From Promethearchaeota archaeon (GTDB lineage Archaea > Asgardarchaeota > Lokiarchaeia > Sigyniarchaeales > SOKP01): a stretch of DNA of 64,000 bases. The stretch spans positions 393,166-457,165 of the forward strand of contig JAHPZJ010000013.1 of assembly GCA_019058245.1 (NCBI GenBank), written 5' to 3'. Under the pieces are notes generated by a model that was given only the letters and a program-made list of their open reading frames with translations, searched no databases and had not been told where the DNA came from. Every line of letters begins with the position of its first letter. Position 1 is the first letter of the stretch. A program made the translations under genes and the position numbers. Shown piece by piece: positions 49,848 to 59,207 of this stretch.

Positions 49848-49979
49848 TCTTTAATCTTCCAATTTTTGGAAAAATAATTCAAATTTTATATTGATACCAA
49901 TATTTTTTTTAAAAAGATATCATTTAATTTCAATTATCATTTTTAAAAGGTTATCTCATAAAAGAAAAAATATAGAAAG

Positions 49980-51425
49980 ATGTTGTTAAGTGAAATTATA
50001 ATACTTTCATGCTTTATTGGAGTAATTTTTTTTATAATAACCGAAAAGATGAATAGGGCAATTGTGTCATTATTAGGTGCTATAATAACATACTTTGTCC
50101 TAATATTTCTTGAAAAGCTAAATTTTTCAGTAATAGTTGATCTACTATTTAGTTCTGAGAAAGAAGGTTTTGTAAATTTACATTCTTTAATTTTGATTAT
50201 AGGGATGATGATGATTGTACAAATCTCACATGAGGCGGGAACTTTTCAATTTATTGCAGGAAAACTTATTAAATTGTCAAGAGGAAAGCCTATTCATCTA
50301 ATGATTATATTTTGTTGTGTAACCGTACTTATATCAGCTATTTTGAATAATATTTTAACAGTTATTATCATAATACCTTTAACTATTACAGTTTCAAGAA
50401 TTTTAAACATAAATCCTTCCCCCTATATTCTTACTCAAGCAATATTAGTAAATATCGGGGGCACAGTTTTTTCAATTTCCTCAATTCCAAACATTTTAAT
50501 CACAACTTATGCAAAAATAGAATTTATAGAATTTTTTGTTAATATAGGTTTAATTTCCTTTATAATTTTTATATTTACTCTAGCATTTTTCATTCTAATT
50601 TATAAAAACGAGTTAAAAATACCAGAGGAAGGAGTAAAAGCATTGAAGGAGTTTGATGTTTGGAATGTTGTTCAAAATAAAAGGTTATTATATCAATCAT
50701 TAATCTCTTTAATTGTTCTATTAACATTACTCACAGTCGTTCCTTCTTCAATTCTTTCTCCTGATATCATTGCTTTATCAATTGCTTTAATTTTAATCAT
50801 AATAACAAGATTTGAACCAAAGGAAATTATAAGCAAAATAGATTTTGAATTGATTTTCTATTTATTAGGTATTTTTATCATTGTTGGAGGATTAGAAATA
50901 ACCGGAGCTACGGAAGTTTTAGGCTCTTTTATATTAAATATAGGAGGAAATAATCTTTTTTTTCAACTCCTATTGATTCTTTGGTTTTCAGCTTATCTAA
51001 GTAGTTGTATTGATAATATCCCAATTACTAAGGTATTGATCCCAGTGGCAAATACTATGACAGAAACAGCCTCGTTATTTAATCGAAAACAAATTTTTTA
51101 TAGTCTTGCACTAGGAGCAAATTGGGGAGACAATTTGACTCCCTTAGGTGATAATATTCTTGTAATGAATATTGCAGAGCAAAATAAACGTCCTATCACT
51201 TTCAAATCCTTTTTCAAATTGGGGTTTATTACAACAAATTACCAATTATTAATTATTTCAATCTATTATTGCTTACTTTTTTATCTTCAAATTGGGATTA
51301 TAATTATAGGTTTTGTAAGTATAATTATAATAGTAATCTATAGTTTGAATAAATTTGGTTCGCAAAAAATCAGATTTCAAATCCATTCTTTTAGTAATAA
51401 GTTAAGAGAAATTATAACAAGGTGA
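49980..51425 (+). CDS. ArsB/NhaD/SLC13-type ion transporter
   Basis: SAILNNILT, NIGG, SSCIDNIP, GANWGDNLTPLG; many TM helices. Confidence 0.82.
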   Translation: MLLSEIIILSCFIGVIFFIITEKMNRAIVSLLGAIITYFVLIFLEKLNFSVIVDLLFSSEKEGFVNLHSLILIIGMMMIVQISHEAGTFQFIAGKLIKLSRGKPIHLMIIFCCVTVLISAILNNILTVIIIIPLTITVSRILNINPSPYILTQAILVNIGGTVFSISSIPNILITTYAKIEFIEFFVNIGLISFIIFIFTLAFFILIYKNELKIPEEGVKALKEFDVWNVVQNKRLLYQSLISLIVLLTLLTVVPSSILSPDIIALSIALILIIITRFEPKEIISKIDFELIFYLLGIFIIVGGLEITGATEVLGSFILNIGGNNLFFQLLLILWFSAYLSSCIDNIPITKVLIPVANTMTETASLFNRKQIFYSLALGANWGDNLTPLGDNILVMNIAEQNKRPITFKSFFKLGFITTNYQLLIISIYYCLLFYLQIGIIIIGFVSIIIIVIYSLNKFGSQKIRFQIHSFSNKLREIITR

Positions 51426-51432
51426 AAGTAAA

Positions 51433-52065
51433 ATGGTATTTAAAAATATTCAAAGAATAAAGGCTGCTTTGCCAGAAGTCAAATATGTTGCTATGTTCTA
51501 TAATAATGGTACTATTTTTCAAACCACATTTGAACAAGAGATTAATATTCCAAAATTGGGTGAAAATTTAGCTGAAATATTAAATCATATAAAAAAACTT
51601 TATGAAATTTGTAATTATAATTTTGAAGATTATAAAAAAGTTATTTTTGAAACTGATGATATTTCGATTATTATTTTAAAACTTGGTGAAGATAGTAATA
51701 TTGCTCTTTTTTTCAAGAAAGAGGAAGAAAAAGAATTAAAATTAACTGCAATAAAAAGATATATGAATCGAATCGAAGAATTAATCGATATGGATGAAAA
51801 GGAACTGATAATTCAAGAGATAATAGCAAAAGAAGAAGAAATCAAACATTTAAAAGAAGATCTTTCCATAAAAAAAGAAGAAATTAAAAAATTAAATGTA
51901 AATTTAGAAGAGTTGGAAGAAGCTATAATCGAGGGTGATAAAAAGAAAATATCTAAAGAAATAAATAATCTAGAAAATGATTGTATAAACTTAAGTAATG
52001 ATATTGAAAAAATTAATATTTTAATTGACCAATTAAAAGAAAAAATAGAAAAAGGCAATAAATAA
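51433..52065 (+). CDS. Roadblock/longin-like N-terminal domain + C-terminal coiled coil
   Basis: YVAMFYNNGTIF...KKVIFETDDISIIILKLGEDSNIALFF pattern, then heptad-rich tail. Confidence 0.55.
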   Translation: MVFKNIQRIKAALPEVKYVAMFYNNGTIFQTTFEQEINIPKLGENLAEILNHIKKLYEICNYNFEDYKKVIFETDDISIIILKLGEDSNIALFFKKEEEKELKLTAIKRYMNRIEELIDMDEKELIIQEIIAKEEEIKHLKEDLSIKKEEIKKLNVNLEELEEAIIEGDKKKISKEINNLENDCINLSNDIEKINILIDQLKEKIEKGNK

Positions 52066-52089
52066 GGGTAAAATGGTTAATAATTTATC

Positions 52090-52284
52090 CTAAATTATTT
52101 CTTGGATAGTTCCTAAAATTAAAGGTATTAAAAGAATTAGTATTATCCCTATTATCGCTAGAAAAATAAACAAACCATTGGTTTTTTTTTTCCTTTCTTC
52201 AATAAATACCTTTATCAATATTATTAGAGATATTACTAAAAGTCCAAATAAAAGCACTAATAGAATTATTGATTGATCTATCAT
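52090..52284 (-). CDS. Small 2-TM membrane protein
   Basis: 64 aa, two hydrophobic helices with a basic loop; AGAGGA SD. Confidence 0.6.
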   Translation of the reverse strand: MIDQSIILLVLLFGLLVISLIILIKVFIEERKKKTNGLFIFLAIIGIILILLIPLILGTIQEII

Positions 52285-52378
52285 TATTTTTATCCTCTAA
52301 TTACTACTATTGATCATTTGTTCCTTTTTTTAATCATATCAATTAATTTCTCAATTCGATTAATCGCATTTAATAATA

Positions 52379-53953
52379 TTAACTTACTTTTAACTTAATT
52401 AATCCATATTTTTTCAATTTTTCACTTTGTGCAAATTGTCTAATCATATCTTCTTTCAAATCTACTTTTTGTTTTATATGACGTCGAGCGCGATGAATTG
52501 ATAATCCATAAACATCTTCTGCAGCTTCTAAAACCATTTCTGATAAAGTAGGATGACTATGGACAGTATTTGTTATGTCATAAATTGTTAACCCATTCTT
52601 CATAGCAAGAGCAATTTCTGCAATTAATTCTGATGCAGAAACTCCAATACAAGAAGCCCCCAGAATGACATCAGTTTCTTCATCAGTAATAATCATTAAA
52701 AAGCCCTCATCTTCACCCATGCATTTAGCTTTCCCTAAAGATGCATATCCAAATTTTCCAGTTCTTATTTTTATGCCTCTATCTTCAAGAAATTTTGATT
52801 TATACCCAACAGATCCAATTTCAAATGCAGTAAAAATCGAAGCAGGAATCACGGAATAATCTGCTACTACGGAAAATGTATCAAAATTTCCAATACTACT
52901 AAGAGCATTAAACACTGCGATATCGCCCTCATAAGTTGCAACATGCGCTAACATAACACCTCCAGTTACATCTCCAATAGCATAAATTCCTTTCTGTGTT
53001 GTCTCTAATGTAGATGGATTCACTTGAATTTTGCCTTGATTAATTTCTATATTCATATTTTCTAATCCAAGATCTTCAATATTAGCTGTACGTCCTACGG
53101 AAATAAAACAAACATCTGCCTCATAAGTAAACTTTTCAATTTTATCAAGTTCTACCTGTGGATTTTTCGAAGTACATGTTATTACTTTAACTTTTGTATC
53201 ATCAGATTCAATTCTTAGAATATTTTGATTCTCAATAATTTCTACTCCCATGATATTAAACTTCTTTTTAAGTTCACGAATAATTAAAGGTTCTTCAATA
53301 GCGAGAATTGAAGGCAAGTATTCCAAAATTGTAACTTTAGAACCAAATCTATTAAATATATTCGCAAATTCACAGCCTATGACTCCACCACCAATAATTA
53401 GAATCTCTTTTGGAGCTAGATTAAAGTCAGGAGCAAGGATATCATCGCTTGTTAAAATCTGTTTATGATCAATATTAAAAGAAGGTATTAACTTAGGTCT
53501 TGATCCAGTTGCAATAATAATACGTTTACCTTTTATTGTTTTTGTATCTTTTCTTTTTATCTCAACAATGAAACCATCCTCAAAATTACCCTCTGTAATA
53601 CAACCAACTCCATAAAATAAAGCAATCTTTCTCTGTTTAATTAAGGCTTCAATACCTGAAATCAGTTCCTTTACTATTGAATTCTTCCGAACAACAGCAT
53701 TTTTGAAATTTGGAGAAATTTCGCCCTTAATATCAACTCCAAAATCCTTAGAATGACGTTCAATATTTTCAATTAGTTTTGCTGAGCTAAAAAGAGCTTT
53801 GGTTGGAATACATCCTCGATTTAAACAAGTACCACCTACACTTTCTTTTTCAATTAAAGCAACTTTAGCATCATATTGTGCTGCGCGAATTGCAGCATGA
53901 TAACCACCTGGACCAGCGCCAATTATTATAATATCATATAATATCTCTTCCAA
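52379..53953 (-). CDS. lpdA: Dihydrolipoamide dehydrogenase
   Basis: GAGPGG, GGTCLNRGCIPTK, GGGVIGCE, GDV, MLAH, HSHPTLSE. Confidence 0.95.
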   Translation of the reverse strand: MEEILYDIIIIGAGPGGYHAAIRAAQYDAKVALIEKESVGGTCLNRGCIPTKALFSSAKLIENIERHSKDFGVDIKGEISPNFKNAVVRKNSIVKELISGIEALIKQRKIALFYGVGCITEGNFEDGFIVEIKRKDTKTIKGKRIIIATGSRPKLIPSFNIDHKQILTSDDILAPDFNLAPKEILIIGGGVIGCEFANIFNRFGSKVTILEYLPSILAIEEPLIIRELKKKFNIMGVEIIENQNILRIESDDTKVKVITCTSKNPQVELDKIEKFTYEADVCFISVGRTANIEDLGLENMNIEINQGKIQVNPSTLETTQKGIYAIGDVTGGVMLAHVATYEGDIAVFNALSSIGNFDTFSVVADYSVIPASIFTAFEIGSVGYKSKFLEDRGIKIRTGKFGYASLGKAKCMGEDEGFLMIITDEETDVILGASCIGVSASELIAEIALAMKNGLTIYDITNTVHSHPTLSEMVLEAAEDVYGLSIHRARRHIKQKVDLKEDMIRQFAQSEKLKKYGLIKLKVS

Positions 53954-54025
53954 ATTTAATCAATTTACATTTTAATTGAATTCTAAATATATAAAATAAA
54001 AAAAATTTAGTAATTAAATAATTGA

Positions 54026-54679
54026 TTATGCAGGTCTGATTTTTTCACGTTCGGCTAATTTCTCTGAGAGTTCTTTCTTAAGGTCTGCTAATTTATTTTG
54101 TTTTGTTGTCAAGTTTTTATTTATTTCCAATGCTTCAGTTTCAAATTTAGTTAAACCTTTCTGAATTTTAAGATATGCTTCCTCTGCTTTAGAAATTTTC
54201 TCTTCAATGGCATGGTTATTTACTAATTTTACATAATCAAGTTGTTTTTTTCCTAATAACTCGCGTTCCTTAGCTTCTTCAATTTTTTTATTTGCAAGTT
54301 TAACAGTTACTTCAGCAATTTCTGTCTCGATTCCTGCAATCTTTCGTTGAGTTTCAGCTATCTTTATTTGAATCCCAGCAACTCTTTCATTGTAAACCGA
54401 TTGATTTTTTTCCGCTTTTAAAATATCTTCACCAATTTTCAAAACATTTTTTACTTTTTCTTTTTTTTCAATTACTTTCCTACTTCTCTCTGCTAAATTC
54501 TCGCGTATTTTTGCTAATTCAATTTCATTTTTAACAAGCATTTCCCTAGCTTTAGCTCTTTTTACGTTTTGGTTAGCTAAAGCTTTCATGTTATTAGCTG
54601 TTTCCTTTTCTCCTTTTGCCATATTTAGATGCTCATTAGCCAAATTTTCAATTTTTTTAACATCTTCCAATATTTCCAT
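54026..54679 (-). CDS. All-coiled-coil protein (paralogue of 57578-58246)
   Basis: Heptad-rich 217 aa; GAGGTG SD. Confidence 0.75.
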   Translation of the reverse strand: MEILEDVKKIENLANEHLNMAKGEKETANNMKALANQNVKRAKAREMLVKNEIELAKIRENLAERSRKVIEKKEKVKNVLKIGEDILKAEKNQSVYNERVAGIQIKIAETQRKIAGIETEIAEVTVKLANKKIEEAKERELLGKKQLDYVKLVNNHAIEEKISKAEEAYLKIQKGLTKFETEALEINKNLTTKQNKLADLKKELSEKLAEREKIRPA

Positions 54680-54715
54680 TGTTTACACCTCTTAGTATTT
54701 ATTTTTAAAAAATTG

Positions 54716-55273
54716 TTAACTTATTATTATTTCCTTTTTTTCCCTTTTTTCAATTTCTTTCTTAGGAATTCTTATTTTCAAAACACCTTTATCTATATTT
54801 GCTTCAATCCTATCTTCGTCTGAATTTTCAGGTAAATTAAAGCATCTGTAATATCTAGAGCTTCGAAACTCTTTTCTTATTAATTCACCTTCTTTTTCCT
54901 CTTTTTTTTCTTCTTTAGTTTCTCCTTTAATCTCTAAATTACCTTCTTGAATTGTAATTTCGATATCTTTTTTTTGAAGTCCAGGTATCTCTGCTTCAAT
55001 GTTAAAACTACTTTCATCTTCAGTAATATTTGTTAACGGTGTTCTGAATAGTGGTTCATTTTCCATCAATCTCAGACTTAATGGATGTGTTCTTTTGGAT
55101 GAAAAAGGCCAATACCAATCATCAAAAAATCCTCTTGTCAAATCATCAAAATATCGATCCATTCGTTGAAATAATGAGAATGGGCTTTCTCTCCTTATTG
55201 CTAATTCTTTTGACTGTTGTTCCTTTTTCTCATCTTTTCCTTTTTTACTTTTTTTAATCTCAACTACTTCTAT
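54716..55273 (-). CDS. Small heat shock protein Hsp20, second copy; extended start at ATA
   Basis: AEIPGL, YYRCFNLP, GVLKIRIPK; upstream in-frame IEVVEIKK...RRESPFSLFQR matches the N-terminus of the 22941-23510 paralogue; GAGGTG SD then TTA TAA ATA. Confidence 0.88.
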   Translation of the reverse strand: MEVVEIKKSKKGKDEKKEQQSKELAIRRESPFSLFQRMDRYFDDLTRGFFDDWYWPFSSKRTHPLSLRLMENEPLFRTPLTNITEDESSFNIEAEIPGLQKKDIEITIQEGNLEIKGETKEEKKEEKEGELIRKEFRSSRYYRCFNLPENSDEDRIEANIDKGVLKIRIPKKEIEKREKKEIIIS

Positions 55274-55361
55274 TTATAACACCTCATTTTTATTTTTAGT
55301 CTTTTTAAATTTTATAAAATGAATTTTTAAGAATAATATATTTTAGTTGTAATATTTCCGA

Positions 55362-55565
55362 TTAACTATATATATCGTCAAAATTTTCTGAATCTTCTTC
55401 ATTATCTTCATCTTCATCATCCTCATCTTCATCATCATCCTCATCCTCATCCTCATCTTCATCATCATCCTCATCCTCATCCTCATCTTCATCGTAATAC
55501 CCATCATTTTCATAATCATATAATTTCTTCTTTTTCTTTTCCTTTTCTTTGGTTTTTCCTCTCAT
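55362..55565 (-). CDS. Small protein with basic N-terminus and long Asp/Glu tract
   Basis: 67 aa; ATG with AGAGGA SD; KKKKKK then a D/E-dominated tract. Confidence 0.6.
   Translation of the reverse strand: MRGKTKEKEKKKKKLYDYENDGYYDEDEDEDEDDDEDEDEDEDDDEDEDDEDEDNEEDSENFDDIYS
55421..55493. repeat. 30-bp tandem repeat (2.4 copies) within the D/E-coding tract
   Basis: cctcatcttcatcatcatcctcatcctcat at 55421 and 55451, partial at 55481. Confidence 0.85.
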
Positions 55566-55740
55566 TATAAGTTAATTTCCTCTTTCTTTTTCTAGTTTAA
55601 TTATTATTACTCTTAATGATTACATAGTATTTAAATGTTCTCAAATGAAAACATATATAAGGATCGATAGCTATATATACTTTGATATCGTTTCCTTATA
55701 TAGAAACTGAAAATCAAAATAAGAATTCTTATTATATTTT

Positions 55741-56313
55741 ATGATGTCTAAAAAAATTCCTAAAAAAAAAAGTAATTTTCTTGGGTTTAGGCTTTCTGAA
55801 GAAGTACTTGATAAATTAGAATTGATTGCAAAACAAGAAAATAAGACGCGTGGATTAATTGCTAAAGATGCTATTGAACAATGGCTTAACTTAGAACTAT
55901 TCAATCAAACTAATCAAATGATGATGATATCAAAGTCTATTTTCTCCAAGATTCTTTCTAAATTAGATGAGCAATCTTTGGAGATTATAGCTAAAGATTT
56001 TGCTAATTTATTTTCAGATATAATGAAATTTTCAACAGCAAAACCAATGAATGAAGATAATTTGAAATTATATACAACTTTTTTGATTAATTTTTTTGGA
56101 AAAAGTGGATTAAAATGGTTTAATACACTTGATATTCAAAAGAGGGATAATATCTTCATCTTTAGAGGTTTACATGATATGGATGAGGTTTATTCAAAAT
56201 TCTTCACACAATTTTATAAATATCTCTTATCTGAATATTTTAACTTAGAATTTACTACAAAAATTGAAGATACAACCTCTAACTTAATTCATCTCGAGTT
56301 TAAAATGAAATAG
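55741..56313 (+). CDS. Ribbon-helix-helix (CopG-like) regulator with C-terminal V4R-like domain
   Basis: FLGFRLSEEVLDKLELIAKQENKTRGLIAKDAIEQWL RHH pattern. Confidence 0.7.
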   Translation: MMSKKIPKKKSNFLGFRLSEEVLDKLELIAKQENKTRGLIAKDAIEQWLNLELFNQTNQMMMISKSIFSKILSKLDEQSLEIIAKDFANLFSDIMKFSTAKPMNEDNLKLYTTFLINFFGKSGLKWFNTLDIQKRDNIFIFRGLHDMDEVYSKFFTQFYKYLLSEYFNLEFTTKIEDTTSNLIHLEFKMK

Positions 56314-56331
56314 AGGTTACTTTGATAAAAT

Positions 56332-56988
56332 ATGAATAATAAAATTGATAAAAAAGGAAAGTTAAGAAAATATTTCTTAACCTTAGAAAAAAATTCTAAG
56401 AATTTAGAGAAATTAGAAAATGTAAAAGAAAGTTTTGATATTGGAATGAACTATATCCAAATGGTTTTACCAGTAAAAAAAATAACAAAAGAAGCAGAAA
56501 ATATTCTAAAAGAAAATGTAGATCATAATATTCTTCGAGCACAAATAAGGGAAGTTAAAGAAAAAGATCTTGAAATTTTTGTGAATCTCTATAATAAAGC
56601 TTGGTTAACTTCTCATGAACCTTTTAGAGCTTTAACTATACATGATTTGGGAAGTTTATATCCTGTCCCCAATTTGATAATGTTCATTGCTAGCGTTTAT
56701 GGAATTGATGCTGGCTTTATGATACTTGATTTTGAAGGTTCAGAAAAAGAATTTGGAATTATTGTAGCAATGGGAGTAATACCACGTTTTCAGAGAAGAG
56801 GTCTTGGAAAAATCATGGCTCTTTCGGCATGGGAATTTTTTAAAAATAGAAATGTCGTTGAATTGAGAAGTGAGGTTTATATTAATAATAATGTATCTTA
56901 TAATTTTTTAAAATCGTTAGGATTTGAAGATAATGGTGTAAATCTTTATAAATCCGAGGATTATAATCTTACAATTTCTAATACTTAA
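56332..56988 (+). CDS. GNAT family N-acetyltransferase
   Basis: MGVIPRFQRRGLGK motif A, NNVSYNFLKSLGF motif B. Confidence 0.88.
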   Translation: MNNKIDKKGKLRKYFLTLEKNSKNLEKLENVKESFDIGMNYIQMVLPVKKITKEAENILKENVDHNILRAQIREVKEKDLEIFVNLYNKAWLTSHEPFRALTIHDLGSLYPVPNLIMFIASVYGIDAGFMILDFEGSEKEFGIIVAMGVIPRFQRRGLGKIMALSAWEFFKNRNVVELRSEVYINNNVSYNFLKSLGFEDNGVNLYKSEDYNLTISNT

Positions 56989-57173
56989 GACAATCTAGAT
57001 TTAAAAAATAAAAATAAAACAAAAATTTTATAGAAAGTTATAAAAAGCATATATCATGAGTGCACAGAAATTAAAACAAGCAAAAACATCCAAAAAACTT
57101 GAATATCTTAACAAGTTTTGAAAAAAAAATTATATATTAAAATCAAAATTTAAAATTAAAAAAAAAATTAAAA

Positions 57174-57365
57174 ATGATAGCAAGAAAAATTATTGAGGGT
57201 TTAGTTGATACGTTTGTATATGTCTACATAAAAAATATCGGTAAAGAATTTGGAGGAATCTTAAAATCTATAAATGAATTTGATAACGTGATTATAGAAG
57301 ATAAGAATGAAAATCTTATCTATATACCACTTTCAGAAATAAGCGTAATTACAGAGAGAAGATAA
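57174..57365 (+). CDS. Minimal Sm/LSm-like (SmAP/Hfq-fold) protein
   Basis: VYVYIK..GKEFGGILKSINEFDNVIIED (Sm1) and LIYIPLSEISVI (Sm2). Confidence 0.7.
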   Translation: MIARKIIEGLVDTFVYVYIKNIGKEFGGILKSINEFDNVIIEDKNENLIYIPLSEISVITERR

Positions 57366-57577
57366 TGCATTCTAAATTCGAGATAGAATTAATTAAATAT
57401 AGACATAGAATATATAAATAAACAAGATGATCTAATAAAGAGAAATTATTTTTTTTTATTATTAATTATTTTAAAATGAAACTGATAATTATAAACTACT
57501 AAGATTTAAAGACAAATAAAACTAAGTTAATTCTAGTATTTAATCCATTTAATAAAAATTTTGAAAGGTAACAAGAG

Positions 57578-58246
57578 ATGGAAAATATAAAAAAACTTGA
57601 AAAAGAGACTCAACATAATTTTAAAATAGCACAATATGAGAAAGAACTTGCCCAAAAACAAAAAACTAATGCTCTAATTGAAATTAAAAAAGCCAAAGCC
57701 CGGGAAAATTTGCTAAAAATAGAATTTGAACTCGCTGAAATAAAAAAGGATTTGGCAGAAAAAAGAAAAATTTTAGCAGTGGAAAAAACTGAAATTAAAA
57801 AGAAGCAAATTTTAGATTTTTCAGATGAAGAACTAAAAATAGAAAATAATTATGCAATTTATAATGAACAGATCTCAAAGAATCAAAAAGAAGTGGCTGG
57901 AATCCAAAAAAAGATTGCCAATATTGAAATAGAAATTGCTGAACAAAAATTAAAACTGGCTAAAGAAAAATTGGATGTGGCAAATGCACGAGAAAAATTA
58001 GCTAATTTGCAAAATAGATATATAAAAGCTGCCGAGACACAAATATCTGAAAATAAAATTTCAAAGCTTAAAACTGACGTAGAAAATCAAAAACATAAAC
58101 TTTTACAACAAAAAAATGATGTAATAAAGAAGGAAAAAGACGTAAGAAAAAAAGAAAATAAAATATCTGATTTAAAGAAGGAACTTTCTTTGAAATTCGC
58201 TGAAAGAGAAAAAATTAGACATCCTGGAGTTATAATTGCTGGATAA
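57578..58246 (+). CDS. All-coiled-coil protein (paralogue of 54026-54679)
   Basis: Shared AKARE.L, YNE and LKKELS.K.AEREKIR motifs. Confidence 0.75.
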   Translation: MENIKKLEKETQHNFKIAQYEKELAQKQKTNALIEIKKAKARENLLKIEFELAEIKKDLAEKRKILAVEKTEIKKKQILDFSDEELKIENNYAIYNEQISKNQKEVAGIQKKIANIEIEIAEQKLKLAKEKLDVANAREKLANLQNRYIKAAETQISENKISKLKTDVENQKHKLLQQKNDVIKKEKDVRKKENKISDLKKELSLKFAEREKIRHPGVIIAG

Positions 58247-58348
58247 TTTCTAAGTTCAGATATTACAATCTTTTTATATTTCTTTTTCAAATCTATTTTT
58301 TCTATAATTTAATTAAGTTACAAAAATAAAATTAAATACTAATAAAAA

Positions 58349-59185
58349 TTGAAGAATCAATTTGGTGATTTATTGATATTTCAAAACTTTTTCGAAATTT
58401 TTTTAGATTGGATTAATATATATTTATTTCCTATTATAGTTTCTATTTTAGCTATTATAATTGGATATATTATTTATTTCATTCTTAAAAGAGAAATATT
58501 GAGACTTAGTAAACGTAATAAGTTAGAATTAACTACAGCAAATAATATCACCAAAGTTATTAAATATCTCATTGGTTTAATCATTATAACAGCTATTCTC
58601 ATACAATTCGCAGAAAGTCTAGGCTTTATAACTGCATTATTTACTCTTGTAGGGGGTACCATAATTGGTTTTGCTGCTATGAATACTTTAGGTAATATGA
58701 TTGCAGGCATTATTATAATGGTAAGTAGACCTTTTGCTGTTGGAGATAGAATCTTATATGCTGGTAAAATTGCAGATATTACTGAAATTAAATTAATATA
58801 TACAAGTATGGTTGATCTTGATAATCTTAAAATTTCGGTTCCTAATCAGATGTTAATATCAAAGGAGATTTTTAATTTTGGAAAAAATAATATCATCAGA
58901 AGGCATGTGGCTATAACCCCTGGATTTGATGAAGATAGGGAAAAGGTTGAAACTGTTTTAATCGAAACAGCTGGAAAATTCTCTCAAATATTAAAAGATC
59001 CTGAACCTTATGTTTGGATAAATAGTTTTCAGAATTATGCTGTTGAATACAGATTATATGTATTCATAAATGATATTAAGAATTTACCTTTAATTGAATC
59101 TGAATTACATAAAGCTGTATTGGACGCTTGCAAAGAAAATAATATAGATATTAGGACTCCTCTTTTACATAAAGAAGTTAATTAG
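58349..59185 (+). CDS. mscS: Small-conductance mechanosensitive channel MscS
   Basis: IGFAAMNTLGNMIAGIII..SRPFAVGDRI, VPNQ, C-terminal alpha/beta domain. Confidence 0.9.
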   Translation: MKNQFGDLLIFQNFFEIFLDWINIYLFPIIVSILAIIIGYIIYFILKREILRLSKRNKLELTTANNITKVIKYLIGLIIITAILIQFAESLGFITALFTLVGGTIIGFAAMNTLGNMIAGIIIMVSRPFAVGDRILYAGKIADITEIKLIYTSMVDLDNLKISVPNQMLISKEIFNFGKNNIIRRHVAITPGFDEDREKVETVLIETAGKFSQILKDPEPYVWINSFQNYAVEYRLYVFINDIKNLPLIESELHKAVLDACKENNIDIRTPLLHKEVN

Positions 59186-59207
59186 AAAAAAATAATTTAT
59201 AGGTATT

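Noticed and set aside
55400-55495. Repeat tract as a CRISPR array
   Set aside because: Low-complexity codon repeats with no unique spacers.
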